Assembly (NCBI GenBank): GCA_944383645.1
Contig: CALWQJ010000001.1
Coordinates: 1-61,670 of the forward strand
Source: an uncultured Merdimonas sp.
GTDB taxonomy: Bacteria; Bacillota; Clostridia; Lachnospirales; Lachnospiraceae
Direction of reading: 5' to 3'
Length of the DNA: 61,670 nucleotides
The notes under the pieces were generated by a model, which saw only the letters and a program-made list of their open reading frames with translations, was not told where the DNA came from and searched no databases. Below, in pieces: positions 11,005 to 19,632 of the stretch (position 1 is the stretch's first letter; every line of letters starts with the position of its first letter). The translations under genes and the position numbers were made by a program.

Positions 11005-11056
11005 ACTATCTTATATTCTCCTGTTCTGTGTCGTTGTCCTGTATCCTTTCCTGCGT

Positions 11057-12445
11057 TCAGGGCCGGTGCTCATAGGGCTGCTTCGTCCGGCGCGCCGTCC
11101 CTTCCTTCGTCAGTTCCGCCCCCTGGAGGCCGAGCACAGCCTCCAAAAAGGCTTTTCCGTCTGATTTTACAATAGTTACGGGCACTTGTAAAGCCCCGGA
11201 AAGCTCCTCCGCCGTCATGTCGTCGAGAAATACCTCTTCCCCGTCCCGGAACATATTCTCCGTCAGCAGAAGCTCCTCCCCCAGATCCCGGCCGGAGAGC
11301 TGGTTTTTCAGATCCTGTCCGGTCAGAAGGCCCGCCACGGTGATCCGTTCCCCGAAGAAATGATTCTCCACTGGAATCACTTGCAGCTTTATCCCCGGAT
11401 ACACAGCCTCAATCTGATCCGCCGCCTCCTGCAGAATCGGCGCCGCCAGCATTCCCGTGGCTATCGTGACCTTCCTGGCCGCCGCGGGCTCGTCATTCCG
11501 GCGCTCCGCCAGAGCCTCCGCCAGCTCTTCCCGAAACAGCCGCACCATACCCACGCCATTCTCCAGCTGGAGATAGCCGTCGTAATTTTCCGCCTTCGGA
11601 AGCTCCTGACCTGCCAGCAGATACCATTCGTCGCCCGCATGGATAAAATGCGTGCCCTGCTCCCGGTACAGCCTGTCCTGCCAGCGGTGGATCTGCTCCA
11701 GCACCTTTTGCGCGTCCTCCCGGGTAAAGGGCTCCAGCGGGTACAGCCCTTCCCTGTGCTCAGTCAGCCCCACGGGAACCACCGACACGCTCTGCAGATA
11801 CGGAAGGTACCGGGAAAGCTTTTCGATGCTGGACTCCAGCTCCGCGCCGTCATTGATTCCCTTGCAGAGCACGATCTGCCCGTTCATCACGATGCCCGCC
11901 TCGTAAAAGCGCTGTGCCTTTTTCAGGGCGTCCCCCGCGAACCGGTTCTGGAGCATCCGGCAGCGAAGCTCGGGATTCATGGTCTGGAAGGAAATATTGA
12001 CCGGCTCCAGCCGGTAGGTAATGATCCGCTCCACATCCGCGTCGCTCATGTTCGTCAGCGTCACATAGTTGCCCTGGAGAAAGGACAGGCGGGAATCGTC
12101 ATCCTTGAAATACAGAGTTTTGCGCATCCCCTTTGGCAGCTGATCGATAAAACAGAAGATACATTTATTGCTGCAGGAGCGGTAATCGTCCATCAGTCCG
12201 TTCTCAAACTCGATCCCCAGATCCTCCTCATATTCCTTCTCTATCTCCAGCTCCCATTCTTCCCCGTCCGCCTTGCGCACAAGGATCTCCAGATATTCTT
12301 CATTAATTAAATAGTGGTAGTCGAGCACATCCCCCACCGGCTGCCCGTTCACAGACACCAGCACATCTCCGGGGACGAGCTCCAGTTCCTCCGCGATGCT
12401 GCCCGGCTCCACTGCCTTTATCACATGTTCTCTTTCTTTTTTCAT
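11057..12445 (-). CDS. PDZ + radical-SAM-like DUF512 protein
   Basis: N-terminal PDZ-like region, CSNKCIFC, YFKDDDSRLSFLQGNY, QLENGVG; typical position upstream of der. Confidence 0.9.
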   Translation of the reverse strand: MKKEREHVIKAVEPGSIAEELELVPGDVLVSVNGQPVGDVLDYHYLINEEYLEILVRKADGEEWELEIEKEYEEDLGIEFENGLMDDYRSCSNKCIFCFIDQLPKGMRKTLYFKDDDSRLSFLQGNYVTLTNMSDADVERIITYRLEPVNISFQTMNPELRCRMLQNRFAGDALKKAQRFYEAGIVMNGQIVLCKGINDGAELESSIEKLSRYLPYLQSVSVVPVGLTEHREGLYPLEPFTREDAQKVLEQIHRWQDRLYREQGTHFIHAGDEWYLLAGQELPKAENYDGYLQLENGVGMVRLFREELAEALAERRNDEPAAARKVTIATGMLAAPILQEAADQIEAVYPGIKLQVIPVENHFFGERITVAGLLTGQDLKNQLSGRDLGEELLLTENMFRDGEEVFLDDMTAEELSGALQVPVTIVKSDGKAFLEAVLGLQGAELTKEGTARRTKQPYEHRP

Positions 12446-12480
12446 ACCAACCTCTTACCGCTGTCCTTTTACCTCATTTT

Positions 12481-12524
12481 CAGCGTTGGCGTACAAGGGG
12501 CAATCCCCTTGGCACACCGATGCT
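12481..12524. repeat. Dispersed ~45-bp palindromic repeat, copy 2
   Basis: CAGCGTTGGCGTACAAGGGGCAATCCCCTTGGCACACCGATGCT; similar to 6523..6568. Confidence 0.6.
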
Positions 12525-12532
12525 ATTGTTAT

Positions 12533-12605
12533 ATGATACCCCACCCGGCAAGAAAAAGCAATGTTCCTGTTGTACTTGACGTTCTCCCCCTGAAAATGGT
12601 ATAAA
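12533..12605. promoter_or_regulatory. Back-to-back sigma-A promoters (DUF512-der operon and prs)
   Basis: Minus: TTGCTT-N17-TATCAT (12561..12533). Plus: TTGACG-N18-TATAAA with TG extension (12576..12605). Confidence 0.55.
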
Positions 12606-12693
12606 CTTATATATAGCATATTTTTCTATGCTCTTGGAAGGCCTCCGCGCAGGAAGCCATCTTTTACATTATGTCGTACATTCGGAGGGACCC

Positions 12694-13875
12694 ATGTCAG
12701 AAAACAATCAGTTTGAAAATATTCTGCCGGTAGCGCCGCTGAAGATCGCGGCTCTGGAAAGCTGCCGAGAATTCGCGCAGAAGGTGGACCGCTACCTCGT
12801 AAGCTTCCGTGAGACTGCCAACACGCAGCACCGGGACAACGTATATTTCCAGAATTACGCGGAAGACACTTACCTGGTAGACTGTTCCTGCCCGCGCTTC
12901 GGTACGGGAGAAGCCAAAGGACGTCTCGGAGAATCCGTCCGCGGCAGCGACCTTTTTATTATGGTGGATATCTGCAACTACAGTCTGACCTACACCGTCT
13001 GCGGCCATGAAAACCATATGTCGCCCGACGACCACTATCAGGATCTGAAACGTATGATTTCCGCAGCCACAGGAAAGGCCCACCGCATCAACGTGGTGAT
13101 GCCCTTCCTTTATGAGGGGCGCCAGCACCGCCGCACCCGCCGGGAATCTCTGGACTGCGCCCTTGCCCTGCAGGAGCTTCAGAATATGGGCGTCAAAAAC
13201 ATTATCACCTTTGACGCGCACGACCCCCGGGTTCAGAACGCCACGCCGCTGAACGGCTTCGACAGCTTCCAGCCGCCCTACCAGTTCATGAAGGCGCTGA
13301 TCCGCACGGAGCCGGATTTGAAGGTGGACAACGACCATCTGATGATCATCGCTCCGGATGAGGGAGCCATGGAACGCGCCGTCTACTTCTCCAACGTACT
13401 GGGCATCGATCTGGGTATGTTCTACAAGAGACGCGACTATTCTACCATCATCAATGGCAAGAACCCCATCGTTGCTCACGAATTCCTGGGCGACAGCCTG
13501 ATCGGTAAGGACGTCATCATTATCGACGATATGATCTCCTCCGGCGGCAGCATGCTGGACGTGGCGAAACAGATGAAAGAGCGGGGCGCGCGGCACGTCT
13601 ATGTCTGCTGTACCTTCGGCCTCTTCACCGACGGCTTCGATAAATTTGACGAATATTATGAAAAGGGCTATATCAAGCGCATCGTCACCACGAACCTGAA
13701 CTACCGTGATCCGGAGCTTCTGAAAAAGCCTTACTACACAGAGGCGGATATGACCAAATTCCTGGCCACCATTATTGATACTCTGAACCACGACACTCCT
13801 GTGGGCAGAATCAATACGCCTACCGAAAAAATCCGGCTGCTTCTGGAAAAGCAGAAGGCCGGCATAAAAATTTAA
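12694..13875 (+). CDS. prs: Ribose-phosphate pyrophosphokinase
   Basis: Start ATG 12694 with RBS GGAGGG; PFLYEGRQH, FDAHDP, APDEGA, IIIDDMISSGGS. Confidence 0.95.
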   Translation: MSENNQFENILPVAPLKIAALESCREFAQKVDRYLVSFRETANTQHRDNVYFQNYAEDTYLVDCSCPRFGTGEAKGRLGESVRGSDLFIMVDICNYSLTYTVCGHENHMSPDDHYQDLKRMISAATGKAHRINVVMPFLYEGRQHRRTRRESLDCALALQELQNMGVKNIITFDAHDPRVQNATPLNGFDSFQPPYQFMKALIRTEPDLKVDNDHLMIIAPDEGAMERAVYFSNVLGIDLGMFYKRRDYSTIINGKNPIVAHEFLGDSLIGKDVIIIDDMISSGGSMLDVAKQMKERGARHVYVCCTFGLFTDGFDKFDEYYEKGYIKRIVTTNLNYRDPELLKKPYYTEADMTKFLATIIDTLNHDTPVGRINTPTEKIRLLLEKQKAGIKI

Positions 13876-13891
13876 GCTGATTTTATGCGTT

Positions 13892-13939
13892 AAAGAGCCG
13901 GCTGTCTCTGAAAATCAAATCCGAGACAGCCGGCTCTTT
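13892..13939. terminator. Bidirectional terminator between convergent prs and pgeF
   Basis: AAAGAGCCGGCTGTCTC...GAGACAGCCGGCTCTTT 17-bp inverted repeat. Confidence 0.8.
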
Positions 13940-13987
13940 CTGCAGATGCGTCCGGGCAGAAGGACACCCTTTCCTGTCCGTCCCTTC

Positions 13988-14851
13988 TCAATCTGGCTTC
14001 AGCATCAGAAAAGCGCCCAGGTTTCCCCGTTTTCCATGGGAGGCCCTGTGGCTGAAAAGCAGGTCCGGATTGCAGCAGGTGCAGAGATCCGTGATCGTGA
14101 TCCGTTCCGGCCTAAGACCTGCCTCCAGAAGCACGATCTCGTTGGCCCTCCAGAGATCCAGCTGGTATTTCCCGCCGCCCTTTGCGTAGAAAAGCCGGGA
14201 CCAGAATTTCTGTTCAAAGGCCTTCTGAAATTCTTCAATCACGTCCCCGCTGACCTCGTAGCAGTCCTGGCAGATGGAGGGGCCCACAGCCGCGTACAGA
14301 TCCTCCGGACGGCTCCCATACCGCTCTCTCATCAGCTCCACCGTCTTCTTTCCGATTTTCCCGGCAGTGCCCCTCCAGCCCGCGTGGGAAAGGCCGATAC
14401 ACCGCCGCACCGGGTCCACAAGATACAGCGGCACGCAGTCCGCGTAAAAAGTGGTGAGCACCAGTCCGGGCACATCCGTCACCAGGCCATCCACATCTGT
14501 GTAATCCTTCGGGCGCGCAAAGCCTTTTCCCCTGTCCTCCTCCGTCACGACACGTACATTCACCGTGTGAGTCTGATCGGAGCAGACCAGATTGTCGCAG
14601 GAAAAGCCCATAGCCTTCCCCAGCCTCCTGTAGTTTTCCCGGACGGCTTCTTCCCGATCCCCTCTCGTGAAGCTGACGTTCATGGCAGCGTACATTCCCT
14701 GGCTCACGCCGCCCAGACGGGTCGAAAAGCCATGTACGACCGCTCCCGTCTCCTCCAAAGCCGGAAAATACAAAAAGGGAACGCCCTCCCTCACCTGCAG
14801 TGCCGTCCGGGGCCTTCCCTTTCCCTCTTTCCGTTTCCATACTTTTTCCAT
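13988..14851 (-). CDS. pgeF: PgeF/YfiH-family purine nucleoside phosphorylase (peptidoglycan editing factor)
   Basis: HGFSTRLGGVS, QTH, ADCVP, HAGWRG, GPSICQDCYEV, FSHR; start set at ATG 14851. Confidence 0.93.
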   Translation of the reverse strand: MEKVWKRKEGKGRPRTALQVREGVPFLYFPALEETGAVVHGFSTRLGGVSQGMYAAMNVSFTRGDREEAVRENYRRLGKAMGFSCDNLVCSDQTHTVNVRVVTEEDRGKGFARPKDYTDVDGLVTDVPGLVLTTFYADCVPLYLVDPVRRCIGLSHAGWRGTAGKIGKKTVELMRERYGSRPEDLYAAVGPSICQDCYEVSGDVIEEFQKAFEQKFWSRLFYAKGGGKYQLDLWRANEIVLLEAGLRPERITITDLCTCCNPDLLFSHRASHGKRGNLGAFLMLKPD

Positions 14852-14897
14852 TACATTTCCTTTCTTCCCACAGCGCGCTGCCCCGTCCGCTTCCCGC

Positions 14898-15251
14898 TTA
14901 CTGGTAGGGAAACGCATTCCGGAGCAGGCAGATCTCTTCTCCCTGCACAGCTACCACGTCAAACCGGCAGGCCTGGCCGTCCGGAATGCCATGCCGCATC
15001 CGGTAGTAATCCGCCACCCGGCAGATGGTGCGCTGCTTTCTTCCATCCACCGCCTCCGCCGGGCTTCCGTAAGCGCCGGAGCGCCGGTACTTGACCTCCA
15101 CAAAGACCAGCGCCGGCCCGTCCGCAGCAATCAGGTCAATCTCTCCTGTCCGACAGCGGTAATTCCGCTCCAGGATCCGCCATCCCAGCCCTTCCAGATA
15201 TTCCGCGGCCTTCTCCTCGTATTCCGCGCCCGTCCTCCGTCTGTTTTCCAT
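14898..15251 (-). CDS. YraN family (UPF0102) putative endonuclease
   Basis: G..YE..AA.YL, RNYRCRTGEIDLI, FVEVKYR, RFDVV. Confidence 0.93.
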   Translation of the reverse strand: MENRRRTGAEYEEKAAEYLEGLGWRILERNYRCRTGEIDLIAADGPALVFVEVKYRRSGAYGSPAEAVDGRKQRTICRVADYYRMRHGIPDGQACRFDVVAVQGEEICLLRNAFPYQ

Positions 15252-15272
15252 CTTACCTCCCGCCGAACCGCG

Positions 15273-15956
15273 CTATCTTTCTGCCAGATCCACAAAATTG
15301 CCGATAAAGCTTCTCCTGTGAATCGGGCAGGGCCCCAGGGATTTCAGCGCCGCGATATGACGGGCAGAGCCGTAGCCCTTGTTCGACGCGAACTCATAAC
15401 CTGGATACAGGTCCTCATACTGCACCATCATCCGATCCCTCGTCACCTTTGCCACGATGCTGGCCGCGGCGATGGACACGCTTTTGGCGTCGCCCTTGAT
15501 GATTGGCACCTGGGGAAGCTCCACGCCGGGGATTTTCACCGCGTCATTCAGCAGCAAATCCGGTTTGACGGACAGCTTTGAAATGGCGATACGCATAGCT
15601 TCATAGGTGGCCTGCAGGATATTGATTTCGTCAATCCGTTCCGGACTCACCGCGCCGATTCCCACAGCCACCGCCTTCTCCATAATCTCATCATAGAGCA
15701 GCTCCCGCTTTTTCTCTGACAGCTTCTTGGAATCGTTCAGCCAGAGGATCTCGCAGTCCGCAGGCAGAATAACGGCTCCCGCCACCACAGGACCCGCCAG
15801 CGGGCCCCGACCCACCTCGTCAATGCCGCACAGGAAGCCCCGATCCGCATACTGGCACTCATAGACGCGCATACCCTCCAGGCGTTCCCTCTCAGCCTGC
15901 AGTTTCTCTGCCTTTCTCTGCTCCCTCTGCATGCGCAGAAGCTCTGTCTTCGTCAT
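15273..15956 (-). CDS. rnhB: Ribonuclease HII
   Basis: GIDEVGRGPLAGPV, DSKKL, IAAASIVAKV, HRRSF; start reassigned to ATG 15956. Confidence 0.96.
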   Translation of the reverse strand: MTKTELLRMQREQRKAEKLQAERERLEGMRVYECQYADRGFLCGIDEVGRGPLAGPVVAGAVILPADCEILWLNDSKKLSEKKRELLYDEIMEKAVAVGIGAVSPERIDEINILQATYEAMRIAISKLSVKPDLLLNDAVKIPGVELPQVPIIKGDAKSVSIAAASIVAKVTRDRMMVQYEDLYPGYEFASNKGYGSARHIAALKSLGPCPIHRRSFIGNFVDLAER

Positions 15957-16015
15957 AGCCCTTACTCCTTCCGGCTCCGGTGCGCTAAGAACTCCTCCGC
16001 CCCGGTATGCCAGCG

Positions 16016-16600
16016 CTATTGATGCTTCAGGATTCCAAAAGAATCCAGCGGCCAGATCCGGAGCCATGCACGTCCGATGATCTCGTCCCTGTGAATCAGC
16101 CCCACACTCGGATCCCGGCTGTCCGAGCTCTGGTTCCGGTTGTCCCCCAGCACAAAATACTCGTCCTCCCCAAGGGTAATGGGCTCCGCCGCAATTCCCG
16201 GGTCCTGCATGACCTCGCGTCCATAGGACTCCTCCAGAACCTGGCCGTTTATGTAAATCGTGCCATCCGCAATCTGAACCGTCTCGCCTGGAAGTCCGAT
16301 GATCCGCTTGATATAATACGTATTTTCTTTATAACGAAATGGAAATACGATAATATCAAAGCGTTCCGGATCCCGGAACCGGTACGTGATTTTGTCTACA
16401 ATCAGCTGATCCCCATGATCCAGGGTATTTTTCATGGATTCCCCGCTCACATGGGTCCTCTGGCCCACAAAGGTGATGATCAGGAAGGTCACTCCCAATA
16501 CGACGCCAATGTAGATCAGCATACTCAGGAGCTCCTTCAGCGGGCTTACCTTTCCCTCATCCTCCGCAAATTCCGGTTCTTCTCCTCTTCTTTCGAACAT
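16016..16600 (-). CDS. lepB: Signal peptidase I
   Basis: SGESM (catalytic Ser), YIKRIIGLPG (Lys), GDNRNQSSDSR. Confidence 0.94.
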   Translation of the reverse strand: MFERRGEEPEFAEDEGKVSPLKELLSMLIYIGVVLGVTFLIITFVGQRTHVSGESMKNTLDHGDQLIVDKITYRFRDPERFDIIVFPFRYKENTYYIKRIIGLPGETVQIADGTIYINGQVLEESYGREVMQDPGIAAEPITLGEDEYFVLGDNRNQSSDSRDPSVGLIHRDEIIGRAWLRIWPLDSFGILKHQ

Positions 16601-16614
16601 GTCTGATCCTCCTG

Positions 16615-17454
16615 TTATGGCAGCTCCAGGGTGATCCGCCCCAGCCTGCCGGAACGAAATTCCTCCAGCAGAACCGCCGCCGCTTTTCCCATATCAGGCT
16701 CCCCGCCTTTTTTCAGGCAGCCTCTTTTCTTTGCCAGTTCACAGAGCTGCTCCACCGGCTCTCTCTCCTCCTCTGTCCCATACCTCTCCCGCAGAAGACC
16801 GCCGTAATTCTGAGCCAGAAATTTTAGAAGCTCCAGAGCCAGCTCTTCTGTATTGAGAACCTCTTCCCGGATGGATCCGATCAGAGCCAGCTTCAGCCCG
16901 ACCTCCTGATCCTCAAACCGGGGCCAGAGAATTCCCGGCGTATCCAGAAGCTCTACCTGCTTATTCAGACGCACCCACTGGGCGCCCTTCGTCACGCCCG
17001 GCTTGTTTCCCGTCTTCGCACAGGCCCGGCCCGCAAAGCTGTTGATAAACGTGGACTTTCCCACGTTTGGAATGCCCGCCACCATGGCGCGCACCGGCCG
17101 GTTCAGAATGCCCCGTTTCCGATCACGCTCCGTCTTCTCTCTGCACGCCTCCTGAACTGCCGCCTGGACGGCCTTCAGCCCTGTCCTGCTCCGGGAATCC
17201 AGCTTCACCACCTGGAAGCCCTGCTCACGGAAATAAGCGCTCCAGGCTTCATTGGCCGCCTCATCCGCCAGATCAGCTTTATTCAGAAGCAGAAGCCTGG
17301 CCTTATTCTTTCCCAGCTCGTCAATGTCCGGGTTGCGGCTGCTGTAGGGTACGCGGGCGTCCACCAGCTCAATTACCAGATCTACCAGCCTGATATTCTC
17401 CTGCATCATCCGCCTGGCCTTGGTCATATGTCCAGGATACCACTGTATATTCAT
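16615..17454 (-). CDS. rbgA: Ribosome biogenesis GTPase RbgA (YlqF)
   Basis: IQWYPGHM, NKADL, GIPNVGKS, DTPGILWP. Confidence 0.97.
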   Translation of the reverse strand: MNIQWYPGHMTKARRMMQENIRLVDLVIELVDARVPYSSRNPDIDELGKNKARLLLLNKADLADEAANEAWSAYFREQGFQVVKLDSRSRTGLKAVQAAVQEACREKTERDRKRGILNRPVRAMVAGIPNVGKSTFINSFAGRACAKTGNKPGVTKGAQWVRLNKQVELLDTPGILWPRFEDQEVGLKLALIGSIREEVLNTEELALELLKFLAQNYGGLLRERYGTEEEREPVEQLCELAKKRGCLKKGGEPDMGKAAAVLLEEFRSGRLGRITLELP

Positions 17455-17482
17455 AAAAACCTCTATTCTCTATCTATAAATT

Positions 17483-18064
17483 CTATTTCAAAAATCCAAA
17501 GCGCTCGCCTGGCGCAATGATGAACCAGGCTTTTCCCAAAATATCTTCCCGTTTCACATTGCCGATATCGGCGCTCCGGCTGTCTTCGCTGTTATTCCGG
17601 TTATCGCCCAGCACAAAAAATTCATCTTCTCCCAGCGTGATTCCTTCCTCCGCCAGTCCGGCGTCCGCCATGCTCTCTGTCTGGACCTTTTCATCCAGAA
17701 CCTCTCCGTTTATAAACACGCGGCCGCTCTCGATGGTCACGGTATCGCCTGGTTTCCCTGCCACACGTTTTATGTGATAGTGGGCGTTTTGATTTCCATT
17801 TGGCTTAAAAACAATCAAGTCGCCATAGTCTGGCGTCTTGAGCTCATAAATCAACCGGTTCACAAGTACCCGGTCTCCGCTGTAAATCGCAGGCTCCATG
17901 GACTGTCCCACATTGCTCAGCGTAAAGCCAAAAAACCAGGCAAGCATGCAGCCGATGGCAAAGGCCAGAACGACCTCTCCGATCCAGAGCGCTGCCTTCT
18001 GAATGGACGTCAGGCTGATTTTCTTTTTTCTTCTCCGGAAGCTTAAGCCCCTCACTGTTCTCAT
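17483..18064 (-). CDS. lepB: Signal peptidase I (second paralog)
   Basis: GQSMEP, IKRVAGKPGD, GDNRNNSEDSR; start set at ATG 18064. Confidence 0.92.
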   Translation of the reverse strand: MRTVRGLSFRRRKKKISLTSIQKAALWIGEVVLAFAIGCMLAWFFGFTLSNVGQSMEPAIYSGDRVLVNRLIYELKTPDYGDLIVFKPNGNQNAHYHIKRVAGKPGDTVTIESGRVFINGEVLDEKVQTESMADAGLAEEGITLGEDEFFVLGDNRNNSEDSRSADIGNVKREDILGKAWFIIAPGERFGFLK

Positions 18065-18090
18065 CCGGCTGTCCTTTCCTATTATATCAC

Positions 18091-18121
18091 AAAAAGGGAG
18101 AATTTGCATTCTCCCCTTTTT
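18091..18121 (-). terminator. Intrinsic terminator after rplS
   Basis: AAAAAGGGAGAAT-ttgc-ATTCTCCCTTTTT. Confidence 0.8.
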
Positions 18122-18149
18122 ATCAAGCCATAAACTGTTCCCTGAAAAA

Positions 18150-18497
18150 CTATTTTACCAGCTCTTTTACCTTCGCGCGCTTTCCTACACGTCCTCTTAA
18201 GTAGTTCAGCTTCGCCCGGCGAACCTTACCGCGGCGAACTACCTCTACCTTCTCCACGTTCGGAGAATGCAGCGGCCATGTCTTCTCCACGCCTACGCCG
18301 TTGGAATTCTTTCTTACAGTAAAGGTCTCGCGTACGCCGCCTCCCTGCTTCTTCAGGACAATGCCCTCAAAAACCTGGATTCTCTCGCGGTTTCCCTCTT
18401 TGATCTTTCCGTAAACCTTTACAGTGTCGCCCACGTTGAACTGGGGTACCTCAGCCTTCAGCTGCTCAGCCTCAATGTTCTTGATAATCTCGTTCAT
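18150..18497 (-). CDS. rplS: 50S ribosomal protein L19
   Basis: [30 protein letters not shown]. Confidence 0.98.
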   Translation of the reverse strand: MNEIIKNIEAEQLKAEVPQFNVGDTVKVYGKIKEGNRERIQVFEGIVLKKQGGGVRETFTVRKNSNGVGVEKTWPLHSPNVEKVEVVRRGKVRRAKLNYLRGRVGKRAKVKELVK

Positions 18498-18521
18498 TTC
18501 GTTGTCTCCTCCTTCATTCCC

Positions 18522-18636
18522 GATGTTCTTACCGCAGGAGCGAAGAGCTTATCCGGAACCGCACCGGAGGCCGGCACGCAGCTGTTCCTCACGCCTGTCA
18601 GGCGCCTCTTCCCATCTGCCGCAGCAGCGGACCATC
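18522..18636 (-). ncRNA. Probable L19 ribosomal-protein leader RNA with an expanded internal region
   Basis: Minus strand GATGGTCCGCTG ... AAGAACATC resembles the Firmicutes L19 leader halves as I recall them; lies between a TTGCAT-N17-TAAAAT promoter (18687..18659) and the rplS RBS. Confidence 0.55.
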
Positions 18637-18709
18637 TGCTTCTATCACAACGCAGATAATTTTATCATGACCGTCAGTAAAATGCAAGCGTATTTTTCAA
18701 AATTTAAGT

Positions 18710-18756
18710 TACCCTCAATTGACAAGAGCACACACGGTCCTTGTCAATTGAGGGTA
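18710..18756. repeat. Perfect 17-bp inverted repeat
   Basis: TACCCTCAATTGACAAG-N13-CTTGTCAATTGAGGGTA. Confidence 0.8.
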
Positions 18757-18781
18757 TCATTTCTAAATCAGGACTGCAAAG

Positions 18782-18875
18782 CAGCCACCCCACCCACATA
18801 AGCAGTCTTAACTCCATAAGGAGCGGGACTGAAGCCTCGAAGAGGCGGCAAGTGCGCATGCGGGTAGGGTGGCTG
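18782..18875 (-). other. Multibranched stem-loop element (candidate structured RNA or MITE/REP-like)
   Basis: 18-bp outer stem fully paired with G-U wobbles on the minus strand; two inner hairpins. Confidence 0.5.
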
Positions 18876-18897
18876 TGAATAGTTAATAGATTTAAGC

Positions 18898-19533
18898 TTA
18901 GGAAGCCAGCTCTTTCGCCTTCTGGGCGGCAGATGCAGCGTCCTCTGTATAAGCGTCTGCTCCGATCTCATCTGCAAAAGCCTGGGTAATAGGCGCTCCA
19001 CCCACCATAACCTTGATATTAGACCGGAAATCTGAGCTGTTCAGCAGAGCGACTGTATCCTTTAAGGACGGCATGGTCGTGGTCAGAAGAGCAGAGCAGC
19101 AGATAATCTTCGTGTCCGGATTCGCCTGATAGGTCTCCACAAACTTCTCCTTCGGAACGTCTACGCCAAGGTCAATCACCTCAAAGCCGGTGGACTCCAT
19201 CATCATGGCTACCAGGTTCTTTCCAATATCGTGAAGGTCGCCTGCCACGGTTCCGATAATAACCTTTCCAAGAGCTCCCTGAGCTCCGGAAGCAAGATGG
19301 GGCTTGAGCACCTCCACGCCCTTCTTCATAGCCTTAGCCGCAATCAGCATCTCCGGTACGAAGATCTCGCCGTTCTTGAACTTCTCTCCTACCTCATCCA
19401 TAGCGCCAATCATGCCTTTGTTCAGAATCTCAGACGCGTCGCAGCCTGCGTCAAGCGCTTCCTGTACAGCAGCTCCGATGAGTTTTGATTTTCCCTTTAC
19501 TACCAGATCGTATACTTCCTGAATTCCTGCCAT
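18898..19533 (-). CDS. Corrinoid (cobalamin-binding) protein of a methyltransferase system
   Basis: B12 cap FVPEMLIAAKAM; DLHDIGKN (DxHxxG); SALLTTT; VMVGGAP. Confidence 0.95.
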   Translation of the reverse strand: MAGIQEVYDLVVKGKSKLIGAAVQEALDAGCDASEILNKGMIGAMDEVGEKFKNGEIFVPEMLIAAKAMKKGVEVLKPHLASGAQGALGKVIIGTVAGDLHDIGKNLVAMMMESTGFEVIDLGVDVPKEKFVETYQANPDTKIICCSALLTTTMPSLKDTVALLNSSDFRSNIKVMVGGAPITQAFADEIGADAYTEDAASAAQKAKELAS

Positions 19534-19632
19534 TTTCTTATTCCTCCTGAATTCCTTTTTCCATCATTTCATCCCCCGCCAGCCCGGCGGGGGGGCTTTT
19601 CTGTTATACCTTCTTCGCCGCTTCCGCACCGC

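Noticed and set aside
6928-11175. Plus-strand ORFs of 740 aa and 507 aa
   Set aside because: Antisense to gpsA/plsY/der and implausible in composition.
16016-18064. Two signal peptidase I genes flanking rbgA
   Set aside because: Both have intact catalytic motifs, and multiple lepB paralogs at this locus are ordinary in Clostridia.
18782-18875. Self-cleaving ribozyme or cobalamin riboswitch
   Set aside because: No hammerhead CUGANGA/GAAA core, twister, pistol or B12-box consensus recognised, and it lies 3' rather than 5' of the gene.
18768-19001. 77-aa ORF covering the structured element
   Set aside because: Overlaps the corrinoid protein gene out of frame and has no RBS or motif.
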